DNA from: Promethearchaeota archaeon
GTDB lineage: Archaea > Asgardarchaeota > Lokiarchaeia > Sigyniarchaeales > SOKP01
Length of the DNA stretch: 64,000 nucleotides
Assembly (NCBI GenBank): GCA_019058365.1
Contig: JAHPZE010000017.1
Span: 22,830 to 86,829, forward strand
Direction of reading: 5' to 3'
Under the pieces are notes generated by a model, which saw only the letters and a program-made list of their open reading frames with translations, was not told the origin of the DNA and searched no databases. Below, piece by piece: positions 51,848 through 60,910 of this stretch (the stretch's first letter is position 1; each line of letters opens with the position of its first letter). The translations under genes and the position numbers were made by a program.

Positions 51848-52711
51848 CTATGCTATATACTTTAACTCATGGATAAATTCATCTGTAACCCGTTTTAACT
51901 GGTATTCTTTAACTTGTAATTCAAGTAGCCCTAATACTCGCTTAAATTCGCCCGACATAGACTCAATATCAACTTCAGCAACTTTCTCAATTTCATCTCG
52001 CTTAACTTTAAATTGTTCCAAATCTACTTCTATCTTTTTAAAAATATTTGAAATACTGTTTGTTAAATCATCCGTATTCTTCTTTGTAATTTTCCGCATT
52101 TTCCTCAGTATACCAAGTATATTAGAAATCGACATCTCCCATCTATCATAACTCTCACTATAACTTGTTAGTAAACCTTCGAAAAATTCTGTTAATTTTA
52201 GATAAATACTCTCCTTTTTAATAAATGAAGGCTCTTTTTTAGTAGAAGGAACTGGTATTGATTCTTCTTCGGCAGCAACTTCTTCTTTCTTGATTAGCGT
52301 TTTAGCTGCTGATTCAGGTAAAACTTGAGGTGATGGTGGCGTAGCAGCTTTTATTTGACTTTTCTGCACTGATACTTCTGGTTTTTCTTTTTCTCCAGGA
52401 ATTACGTCAGGTTTAGGTTTTTCTTTCACCCTGGCTCTTTGAGTTAATGGAATATCCTCCATTACATACGCTTCAGCTATTTTACTTCGTGATTCATGTG
52501 TTAATTGGGGTGTGATTTTTACGTCTTTTTCCGTTTTTGGATGAAGAAATCCCTGTCCTTCAGAAACACCCTTCAATAAAGTCTGTAATGTTGTTTCCGT
52601 AGATTCTGCGGAATGTAGCGCTGAATCTAGTGAATATTCAGATATCTGATCCGGATCTTCTTTTATCTCTTGAATCTTTTTTTTCTTTTCTTTCTTTTTC
52701 TTTTTCGCCAC
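51848..52711 (-). CDS. Polybasic N-terminus, disordered linker, C-terminal coiled-coil protein
   Basis: MAKKKKKEKKKK, P/E/K-rich middle, about 120-aa amphipathic helical C-terminus. Confidence 0.8.
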   Translation of the reverse strand: MAKKKKKEKKKKIQEIKEDPDQISEYSLDSALHSAESTETTLQTLLKGVSEGQGFLHPKTEKDVKITPQLTHESRSKIAEAYVMEDIPLTQRARVKEKPKPDVIPGEKEKPEVSVQKSQIKAATPPSPQVLPESAAKTLIKKEEVAAEEESIPVPSTKKEPSFIKKESIYLKLTEFFEGLLTSYSESYDRWEMSISNILGILRKMRKITKKNTDDLTNSISNIFKKIEVDLEQFKVKRDEIEKVAEVDIESMSGEFKRVLGLLELQVKEYQLKRVTDEFIHELKYIA

Positions 52712-52761
52712 TAAAAATCCCTTCTTTTTAGATTATTAATTAGTATATTATATCTTAAATA

Positions 52762-53163
52762 TTAATCTAAGGGAGAAAATCCAACTTCTAGAGCTTCTCC
52801 CTTTTCTTTTAAAATATTTTTTAACCGATCGATATTATTCGGATTTTCAGATATAGCTGTCCACACAGCTGTTTTATCCTTCTCAACAATTACAGCTTCA
52901 CTATACACTAGACCAATGCCTTCCTCGGCAAATATATCGAGTAATTTTGCTAATGCCCCTGGAATATCTTTCATTACTACTTTTACCTTAATGAGACTAC
53001 TTTCATTTCGTAATCCAATAGGAGTAATGCGGATCTCCTTTGTTTCTGAATCGCTTACTAACATTAACTGAGAATTGGTAGTTAAACCTAGATTCTTCCT
53101 AGTTACTTTAGGTAATACTATCCGACCTCGATTATCGATTATAATTATTTTCACGTCTTTCAT
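52762..53163 (-). CDS. AbrB/MazE-type DNA-binding domain + ACT domain regulator
   Basis: IDNRGRIVLPK..RKNLGL (AbrB) and MKDIPGALAKLLDIFAEEGI (ACT). Confidence 0.85.
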   Translation of the reverse strand: MKDVKIIIIDNRGRIVLPKVTRKNLGLTTNSQLMLVSDSETKEIRITPIGLRNESSLIKVKVVMKDIPGALAKLLDIFAEEGIGLVYSEAVIVEKDKTAVWTAISENPNNIDRLKNILKEKGEALEVGFSPLD

Positions 53164-53288
53164 GAGATCCTCGCCTCATCTGTAAGGGGAGCAACCAATT
53201 CTTGGTTTAGGTGCATCTTATATTTGCAAGCCTCTATTTGATTTGCATTTTCATTTATATTTAAATGATAAAATAGATAAAAGGTCAT
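53160..53288 (-). CDS. Putative 42-aa upstream ORF coupled to the AbrB-ACT gene
   Basis: MTFYLFYHLNINENANQIEACKYKMHLNQELVAPLTDEARIS*. Its stop overlaps the next ATG (ATGA). Confidence 0.3.
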   Translation of the reverse strand: MTFYLFYHLNINENANQIEACKYKMHLNQELVAPLTDEARIS

Positions 53289-53651
53289 TATAATCAATCC
53301 TTTTTTTTTTTATACTCTATAAAAATTGTTACATTTTTTTCAACTTTCATATTTTTTACTATTGTTTTACTGCTATAAATTTATAACTATAATTCATGGA
53401 TAAAAATTGCTTATAATTATTATCAAAATTATTATTAATAACTTTAATGTAATCTTGAGCAATTAAAAAGACCATAATTGCATTAATCCATCGAAAATGG
53501 TTTAAAGTTTTATTTAAAAATTATTGATTTTATGAATAATTTATATGGAGATATATTTATTGAATTTGAGAGAATCAATAAAATCTCCTTCTCAATATTA
53601 TTATCAACAATTTTAAAACTAGAGATAAATATGATGAAGAAAAAAATAAGT

Positions 53652-55796
53652 TTATAGTCCTTCTTTATGAGCTTTCATTTTTACTGTTAAATCTCGTGCA
53701 CGTTTAGAGTACCAGACCAATAATTCTCCTGCATCTTCCGGTTCAAAATATTCCCCACCACATAATGATGCTGCGCGTGTCATTAACTCGCGATCTGGGT
53801 TACCTAGACCGACAATGTACGTGATAGTGTTTATATTATCTGCCAATTTTTTAATCTCTTCCAAGAAAATTTGCTTATCAGTAGGTACACCGTCTGTTAA
53901 AAGCACTATCATAGTTGGCTGGTCTGGATTCATCTTTTGGAACTCATTTAAAACATTATGGGCTTGTATCATCGCAGAACCCATATTTGTTGCTTGACCG
54001 TAAGAATTTCCTATTCGATCAACTATCATACGAGCTGCCTCTTCTAATACACCTTTTTTACCGCTTGCAGAATCCATATAAAAACTATTAGAGAAAGGGA
54101 GAATCTGAGCTTCATCAGCAAAGCGGATAACAGAAACCTTTTCACCAAATCCTCTCCCCACTTTCTCACTTAAGAAGAGGACTGCCGCAAAAGCTGCTGA
54201 GATTCTACGTGGTATATTTATTCCATCTTTGAAATGTTTTAAAAATTCTTGGATTTCTCGAGACTCCATTGCTGCTTTTATTCCCTCAATAGCAGGAGCG
54301 ATATTAGTCACAAAGACATCTCTAGCCATCATTGAACGACTTATATCAATTATTAAAATTGCGTTAAAAGGGACTAAACCAATAGGACTTAAAGATAAAG
54401 TTGTATTCTGGGTAACCCTCGCAAAAATATCACCAGTTAAATCAGGAACAGTGGCGATAATAGAACATGCAATATTTACAGCAGACCACCTAAGCTTTAT
54501 CCCCTTAAAGATAATATAATTTGAAATCCATCCCTTCATAGAATCTACGTTTTCACGAGCAGTACTTATGATTTCCCACATATTTTCACCTGAAATTGGA
54601 GAAATTCCTAGAGAAATACTTTGTAAAGGAATAATAGTCCTTTGATTTTTGTATACTTTTACTTCGAAACTTCCTATACCCGATGCTTCAAGAATTTCAG
54701 CATCAATAACGATAGTGTTTTCTGGTACAGATTCTAAAACTTCTACTTTCCCTGCGCCCATTGCTCCTGTAAGTTCATCTTCAAATGCAAGAATATCATC
54801 CATTTGAATTGATAAAGTATGTTGAGTTCTTGGACTAATCAAAGCATAACCCATTAGATTAGGTTGTGACTGAACTTCTAACATCAATTCTGAAGCTTGT
54901 TGTATAGGGGGTTCAGTAGAATATACAACAATTTGGTCTGCTTGAATGTTTGTATCTTCATAAGTATCCATACTCATTTTGATTTCATTCATACTAATAT
55001 TTGATGCATCTATCCTTGCTGATCCCATAGATCTTGTTAAAGGATCTTCCCAACCAATTAACATACCCTGACCAAGACCTAATTGTTGAAGAATACCAGA
55101 ACTCAATTGTACTCGACCCCCTTCTATACCATTATCTAACATAGGCGTAAGGATTATACCATTTTTCTGATTTTGTAACATGTTAATATCGATTCTATTT
55201 GGAAATGGTTCCACTGGCGCTGTTGGCTCAATTATTGGTTTTCCTATGCCTGGTTGGGGTATTTCCATAGGAGGAGGAGGACGAGATGGTAAAGGTGATA
55301 ATGAAGGTTGGGGTGCTGGTCTAGGTTGAGGTGCAGGCGTGGGTGTAAGTTGAGGTATAGGTGCTGGAGGTGGTGTAGGCAAAGGTGATAATGAAGGTTG
55401 GGATGCTGATCTAGGTTGAGGTGCAGGTGTGGGTGTAAATTGCGGTGCAGGTTGGGCTGTAGGCTGAGGTGCTGAAATAGGTTGGGTAGGTGGGACTTTT
55501 GGTATATGTAATGTTGGTTTGAGCTTTGCACTAGCGCTAGTCGGACGAACTGTTAATTCAACTCCCGAAAATTGTAACTCCTCCAACAAATTTTTTGAAA
55601 ATTGGCCAGCAAAATCTAAAATTGAATCTGAAATTTTTACGGAAGCAGTTTTTTTTAGATTATTATCAATATTTAAAATTTCTATTGAATCTCCATTCTT
55701 TACTCCTAATCGATCTGCATTTGATTGACAGATTATAACTTTATCTTTAATATCATTATTCACGTCGACAAATAGTTTGACTTCTTTTTCCGCCAT
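53652..55796 (-). CDS. Cdc48-N-like double-psi barrel repeats + Pro-rich linker + vWA domain protein
   Basis: Three barrel-like repeats (e.g. VIICQSNADRLGVKNGDSIEI), a Cdc48 domain-2-like segment (IIATVP...VTQNTTLSL), and a vWA domain with MIDAS DISRSM, ATNM, LLTDG. Confidence 0.75.
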   Translation of the reverse strand: MAEKEVKLFVDVNNDIKDKVIICQSNADRLGVKNGDSIEILNIDNNLKKTASVKISDSILDFAGQFSKNLLEELQFSGVELTVRPTSASAKLKPTLHIPKVPPTQPISAPQPTAQPAPQFTPTPAPQPRSASQPSLSPLPTPPPAPIPQLTPTPAPQPRPAPQPSLSPLPSRPPPPMEIPQPGIGKPIIEPTAPVEPFPNRIDINMLQNQKNGIILTPMLDNGIEGGRVQLSSGILQQLGLGQGMLIGWEDPLTRSMGSARIDASNISMNEIKMSMDTYEDTNIQADQIVVYSTEPPIQQASELMLEVQSQPNLMGYALISPRTQHTLSIQMDDILAFEDELTGAMGAGKVEVLESVPENTIVIDAEILEASGIGSFEVKVYKNQRTIIPLQSISLGISPISGENMWEIISTARENVDSMKGWISNYIIFKGIKLRWSAVNIACSIIATVPDLTGDIFARVTQNTTLSLSPIGLVPFNAILIIDISRSMMARDVFVTNIAPAIEGIKAAMESREIQEFLKHFKDGINIPRRISAAFAAVLFLSEKVGRGFGEKVSVIRFADEAQILPFSNSFYMDSASGKKGVLEEAARMIVDRIGNSYGQATNMGSAMIQAHNVLNEFQKMNPDQPTMIVLLTDGVPTDKQIFLEEIKKLADNINTITYIVGLGNPDRELMTRAASLCGGEYFEPEDAGELLVWYSKRARDLTVKMKAHKEGL
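55288..55442 (-). repeat. Intragenic tandem repeat (period 90 nt) encoding the Pro-rich linker
   Basis: TPTPAPQPRSASQPSLSPLP / TPTPAPQPRPAPQPSLSPLP; the DNA copies near 55290 and 55380 are near-identical. Confidence 0.85.
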
Positions 55797-56153
55797 CTTT
55801 ATATCATCTTAATTTCTGTTATAATTATGATTTAATATTTTCTCAACTTTTTAATATAATATAAGTGATTAAGCTTAAAATTTCTATCAAAAATGATCTA
55901 TTTTTCTTATAAATAATAACCTAATATCCGTGTAAGATAAGTATCTAGATTTGATATTGTTATAAACATAATTATCTTAATATTAAAGTTTAATAATTTT
56001 CATGGATAATGAAGTAAAAATTGATGAACGTAATTCCTAAGAGAAAAAAGATCTCAATGTTATTTATAAATAACAGTATATTAAAGACTAAGAATGCTCA
56101 TGATTAACTTTAAATTTTTAGGGAAATTACTCTTTTGAATAAAAATAGGCATC

Positions 56154-56546
56154 TCATTCATTTACTGGATAACGGAGACTTATCTCTTTCGAGTAATATC
56201 TAAACACTTTAACAATCTTTCCCAGATCTGCAGTTTCTCTTGAGGCTCCCATTAAAAAAAACCGACCCGCGGCGCTAAGAATTATAAATCCATTATCACC
56301 TCGCAATACAACCTCGAGCATATTTTTAAATCCCAATGTTGCAACTGCATCACTTCCTGATTGAACCACTACTGCACTAAGGCTTGAAAAGAGATCTGGA
56401 TCCAAATTATATCCCGGGATTGCGCTGAAAGCTAATCTTAAACCTTCTCGTGTAATAAGTGCTAACGCTTCGAGCTCGCTGTATTCAGTAATTGAGCTCA
56501 AGAAACTAGACAAAGCACTCGCTTCTTCAGGTGTTAAATCTGACAT
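56154..56546 (-). CDS. Roadblock/LC7 domain protein
   Basis: LEALALITREGL..DPDLFSSLSA..EVVLRGDNGFIIL pattern, 130 aa. Confidence 0.88.
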   Translation of the reverse strand: MSDLTPEEASALSSFLSSITEYSELEALALITREGLRLAFSAIPGYNLDPDLFSSLSAVVVQSGSDAVATLGFKNMLEVVLRGDNGFIILSAAGRFFLMGASRETADLGKIVKVFRYYSKEISLRYPVNE

Positions 56547-56760
56547 TTTTTATGGAAGTAAAAATTTGTTTTCAATTAATATAATCTAAAAAGTTTAGAC
56601 TTAAAAACTTATATCTCTAATATATATCCTCATAATTGCAAAGGTGTAGTATTTCACTTTAAAGAAAAATAAGGATTTAATAAATTTCTAAGAATCAGAT
56701 TTAATTTTTATACTTTTTAAATTTTAAATTATACAGAAAGTCGAGGAACGCGGTTTACTT

Positions 56761-57594
56761 TTATTTTCCTTCTAATTGCTCTTTAATTTGATCCTTTAAC
56801 AATTCTCTCTTGCTTTTAGCTTCCACTGGTTTAGATTTAGCGCCCATGCGTTTGAGAAATTCTATAGCAATTATTTTGCCATTCTCGCTCAAAACCCGTG
56901 GGGCATATTGCTCTGCAAAGAATATTCCCTCTGGAATCGCTCCAATCTTCGATATTTCTTTAGTAACCTGTTTTTCACCAAGGAATTGTTGAACTTTTTC
57001 TACAATTGAGTATGCATGATTACCTATAATAATCAGTTCTCTTTCAAAACCAGGAGGTATTTGTATTTCTTCTAATTTTTGCATTACTTGTTGGAAATCT
57101 ACTTGAGTTTGGTCTTGTACGAAGTCCGCCATAGACTCTTCACCTCGATATAACGGACCAATATTTTGAGCTGCTCTATCCTTGCTCCCTGCTATATTCA
57201 TACCTTCAGCAGGTTCTGGAGTGCCAAAAATATTCTTTTCTCGTAATGGATGCACATTTGGGCGGTCTACTACTGCAGCTTTTATTTCTTTTGCAATACC
57301 TGCTTCTGTTTGGCCACCAATTAGCTTAATAAATTCGGGATCTTCCTCACCCTCATCAAGTGGAACAACAGCATAGTGCATTCCAACTTGACCTCGAATT
57401 TCTTGAGATCTTTTAGCACCAATGAATTTTGATCTAACACTGCTTTTTACTCCTTTCCATAGATATACTTTTCTTGCATCATCAGAAACAAGAACATAAC
57501 ATTCATCCGTTTCTAAAATGTCTTTAATTGAACCCTCACTAGTCATTTCAGTGGTGGTACCATCTGGGTTGATAAGAAATAATTGTGGTGACAA
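56761..57594 (-). CDS. Single gelsolin-domain protein with unknown C-terminal domain
   Basis: LETDECYVLV..KVYLWKGVKSSVRSKFIGA..DEGEEDPEFIKL gelsolin repeat signature. Confidence 0.85.
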   Translation of the reverse strand: MSPQLFLINPDGTTTEMTSEGSIKDILETDECYVLVSDDARKVYLWKGVKSSVRSKFIGAKRSQEIRGQVGMHYAVVPLDEGEEDPEFIKLIGGQTEAGIAKEIKAAVVDRPNVHPLREKNIFGTPEPAEGMNIAGSKDRAAQNIGPLYRGEESMADFVQDQTQVDFQQVMQKLEEIQIPPGFERELIIIGNHAYSIVEKVQQFLGEKQVTKEISKIGAIPEGIFFAEQYAPRVLSENGKIIAIEFLKRMGAKSKPVEAKSKRELLKDQIKEQLEGK

Positions 57595-57775
57595 ATTTAA
57601 TCAATCTCCTTTTTTTTGTTGAAATTTAGTATTAAAAGAATTCTGAAACCTCAACTTAAGTTTTCACAATAACTAAGTTAATAATATAATAATATTAAAA
57701 ATTAATAAATCTTTATCTTGTTTTTAATTCAAGTTCTGACATCTGCTTAATAGAAAGTTATTGTTATGCAAAATA

Positions 57776-59347
57776 TTAAAAATTAAAAACACTTTTTATG
57801 GCATTATTGATATTATTGACCATATCCAATGCTGTAAAACGACTTCCAATAGTACTTTTGCAAAATTCCCCTAATATACCATTAAAAAAAGCAGCAGAAC
57901 ATGCTGACTTGAAAGGAGTATTATCCGTTGCTAAAAAGCATGCACATAAACCTGCTAATATATCACCTGTACCACCTATAGACATCTCTGGACAACCTGT
58001 TTTATTAATTTTAGTTTGCTTACCATTAGAGACATAATCAAAGGGACCTTTGATCAATAGCGTTAAGTCTAATTTTTTAGCTAAATCGCGTGTAATTTTA
58101 CTTCGATCCTTAATATTATTAAAAACTGGTAATTCTAGACCCGTCATTATTTTTAGTTCTCCTTCATGTGGAGTTAAAATAATGGGTAATCCTTTGATCA
58201 AATCAAGATGTTCCTTTACTAATTTTAACGCATCTGCATCAAGAACCATTGGTTTCTTTTGATTTTTTGAAATTTTCAACAATTCTACGAACAATTTTTC
58301 AGTTTCCTTTTCTGTCCCCAAACCAGGACCAATTACTATCGAATCTGCCCATTTAATTAATTTAGTAAGTTCATCTAATGCTTCTATATTCAACCAATTG
58401 CCTTTATTAGTTCTTATAATTATATTTGGAGAAAAACTTCTAAGTACATTGCCTATTATTTCTGGTACATATGTAATAACTAAATCTATCCCGAAATTAA
58501 TTCCCGTTAAAGAAGCATAAGCTGGAGCTCCGGAATAATTCTTAGACCCCCCTATAATTAAAATTTTCCCAAATTCTCCTTTATGAACATCTTTTCTCCT
58601 TTTTTTTAAGGTTGGTATAAAATCTCCTATACCAGTGAATAGACTAGCCTCTGGCGGAATTCCAATTGATTTTTCTATTACCTCTTTTATATAATCACTG
58701 CTACAAGACAATCCTTTTTTTCTTCTATGAAAAGTAACTACTAAATCTGCTTTAACCGCTTTATCAGAAACATCGCCAGTATTTGGATCTAATCCTGAGG
58801 GTATATCAATGGAAACTATTGTAATCCTTTCATTATCTGCTTTTTTAATATCATTTATTAAATCTATTGCAGAAGCTATAGGTTCTCTGATTTTTCCTTC
58901 TATTCCAGTCCCTAACAACCCATCGACAATTACATGATAACTTTTATCTTCTTTGATACTATTTCCTATACTAATTAGGTCTGTGGAATCTTTTACTATT
59001 TCTACATCAATAGAATAATTTAGGTTATTATAAATTATATTCCAGTTTAACTGAGCCTCTTTAGTTCGAATTTTATCTGGATCGCCGACTAAAATAACCA
59101 AAACTTTAACGTCATAAGAACATAAGTGTCTGGCAACAACGAATCCATCTCCTCCATTGTTTCCTGTTCCACAAAAAATTACTGCTTTATTATTTATCTC
59201 TAAATAACCACGATTCATAATTTTAGCTGCGACAGAATAACCCGCACATTCCATTAAGTGACTTTTAGGTATTCCAAGCCATTCTGAGTTATTATCTAAA
59301 ATTGTCATCTCTTCAGAACTAATCTTTTCGGAATTTAACGGTTTCAT
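57776..59347 (-). CDS. nnr: Bifunctional NAD(P)HX epimerase/dehydratase (YjeF)
   Basis: LMECAG, GTGNNGGDG, DGLLGTG, DIPSG, HKGEFG, GPGLG, DADAL, TPHEGE, GGTGDILAG. Confidence 0.93.
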   Translation of the reverse strand: MKPLNSEKISSEEMTILDNNSEWLGIPKSHLMECAGYSVAAKIMNRGYLEINNKAVIFCGTGNNGGDGFVVARHLCSYDVKVLVILVGDPDKIRTKEAQLNWNIIYNNLNYSIDVEIVKDSTDLISIGNSIKEDKSYHVIVDGLLGTGIEGKIREPIASAIDLINDIKKADNERITIVSIDIPSGLDPNTGDVSDKAVKADLVVTFHRRKKGLSCSSDYIKEVIEKSIGIPPEASLFTGIGDFIPTLKKRRKDVHKGEFGKILIIGGSKNYSGAPAYASLTGINFGIDLVITYVPEIIGNVLRSFSPNIIIRTNKGNWLNIEALDELTKLIKWADSIVIGPGLGTEKETEKLFVELLKISKNQKKPMVLDADALKLVKEHLDLIKGLPIILTPHEGELKIMTGLELPVFNNIKDRSKITRDLAKKLDLTLLIKGPFDYVSNGKQTKINKTGCPEMSIGGTGDILAGLCACFLATDNTPFKSACSAAFFNGILGEFCKSTIGSRFTALDMVNNINNAIKSVFNF

Positions 59348-59478
59348 AACAATTTTATTTAAGATTTTGACATAAAAAACCTTTTAGTTTCAGACTAATT
59401 TTTAATTGAAAAAAAATTTCATAAGTAAGAAGTTATTGAAATTAAATTCTAATAAAAATATATTAATGACCTAGAAAA

Positions 59479-60291
59479 ATGAGTGAAAATCTAGAAAAAT
59501 ATCGAAAGTATGGTAAAAAATTTGAGGATCTTTTACGACCTTCATCATTTCCAATTGCTATTAAATTTGTAAAAGATAAATTAGAAATTCCTAGTAATTA
59601 CAAAAAACCAAAATCTCATTTAAATCTCCAAACTTTCATATGTCAAACCTTTAAGATGGTACGAAGCTATGGCTGGACTATGGCTATGACAGAAGAGGAT
59701 TGTGCATGTAGGTTGGCGAGATATATATATGGATGGGATCCAATGACTGAAGAAGAAAAAAATTTTGGTAATATGTTCAGTGTTGGACTATATGCTAAAG
59801 ATCTAGATACAGCAAAAAAGTGGCAAGAAGAAATATATTTGGTAAAAGAAAAATATTCAGGAATTATTATTTCTCCTTTGACGAGAACAAAAATTGAGCC
59901 TGATGTTGTTCAAATCTATTGTAATGCTGCGCAAGCTATGAGATTAATACAAGCTTATCTTTATTATAAAGGAGGAATTCTTAACTTTACATCTGCTGGG
60001 CGCGGAGCATCTTGCCACGAAGGAGTTATTAAAACTTATCAAACAGATGAGCCACAATTAGTTATATTAGGAAATGGAGATAGAGTATGGGGTGGTGCTG
60101 AAGATTCAGAAATTATGTTCTCGATTCCAAAAAGTAAATTGGAAATTGTTTTAGATGGATTAGAAGCGACCCATAAGGCAGGTTTGAGATATCCAATACC
60201 AAAATATATGAACTATAATCCAGGATTCCAAAGTGCATTTGAGAAAATAGCAAAACAAAAGGCTGGAGGTACTATAGTAAAAGAAAACTAA
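59479..60291 (+). CDS. DUF169 family protein
   Basis: PIAIK, ICQ..MVR..G, CAC, PDVV.IYCN..Q.MR, ASC, GDR motifs. Confidence 0.85.
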   Translation: MSENLEKYRKYGKKFEDLLRPSSFPIAIKFVKDKLEIPSNYKKPKSHLNLQTFICQTFKMVRSYGWTMAMTEEDCACRLARYIYGWDPMTEEEKNFGNMFSVGLYAKDLDTAKKWQEEIYLVKEKYSGIIISPLTRTKIEPDVVQIYCNAAQAMRLIQAYLYYKGGILNFTSAGRGASCHEGVIKTYQTDEPQLVILGNGDRVWGGAEDSEIMFSIPKSKLEIVLDGLEATHKAGLRYPIPKYMNYNPGFQSAFEKIAKQKAGGTIVKEN

Positions 60292-60346
60292 TAAAAAGGA
60301 AAAAAAAATAGGTAAAAAATAAATTAAATATTTGAAATTTAAGAAT

Positions 60347-60673
60347 TTATAGATCAGGCATCCTTAATCCAACCATAGGCATTGCATCTACTCCTGTCAG
60401 ATAAGTCTCCACTTTGTATTTAAAACCCTCAATTTCAGAATAAGCCAATTGCATTTCTGTAATCCGTTTAATTATTTCTTCATATTTTCCTTGTTTTACC
60501 TCTGTAACGCTAAATACTTTGATACCCCTTTTAGTTGCTTTCACACCCATGGGTACCAGGTTTTTTTCTAAAGATCTATCCATAGGATATTTCTTCGATA
60601 CCTCGAGATATTTTTGTCCAATCTCTTTTTCTTTACCATAGGGAATCCAGCTTGTTGTCATAATTAATACCAT
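60347..60673 (-). CDS. Hypothetical small alpha/beta protein
   Basis: 108-aa ORF with GAGAGGG SD-like element upstream. Confidence 0.75.
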   Translation of the reverse strand: MVLIMTTSWIPYGKEKEIGQKYLEVSKKYPMDRSLEKNLVPMGVKATKRGIKVFSVTEVKQGKYEEIIKRITEMQLAYSEIEGFKYKVETYLTGVDAMPMVGLRMPDL

Positions 60674-60910
60674 ACTAATAGCCCTCTCATTATATTTTTC
60701 TTAATTTTAATTGGATTTGACGATAATTAATAGTTAAATATCTAGAAATATAAGCTTTTACAATTTCGTAAAAAATATCAAATTATAGCTCAAATATTCT
60801 ACATTAAATCAATTTTATTTAGAAAAAGTTAATTTAAATCCATTTTTTTCACCAATATTAAAGAATATATTTTTACTAAAGTTATTATAATTAAAAGTGA
60901 GTAGATTACT

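Noticed and set aside
53652-57594. vWA + gelsolin genes as a split Sec23/24
   Set aside because: No zinc finger or Sec23 helical domain; the vWA is preceded by Cdc48-N-like repeats instead.
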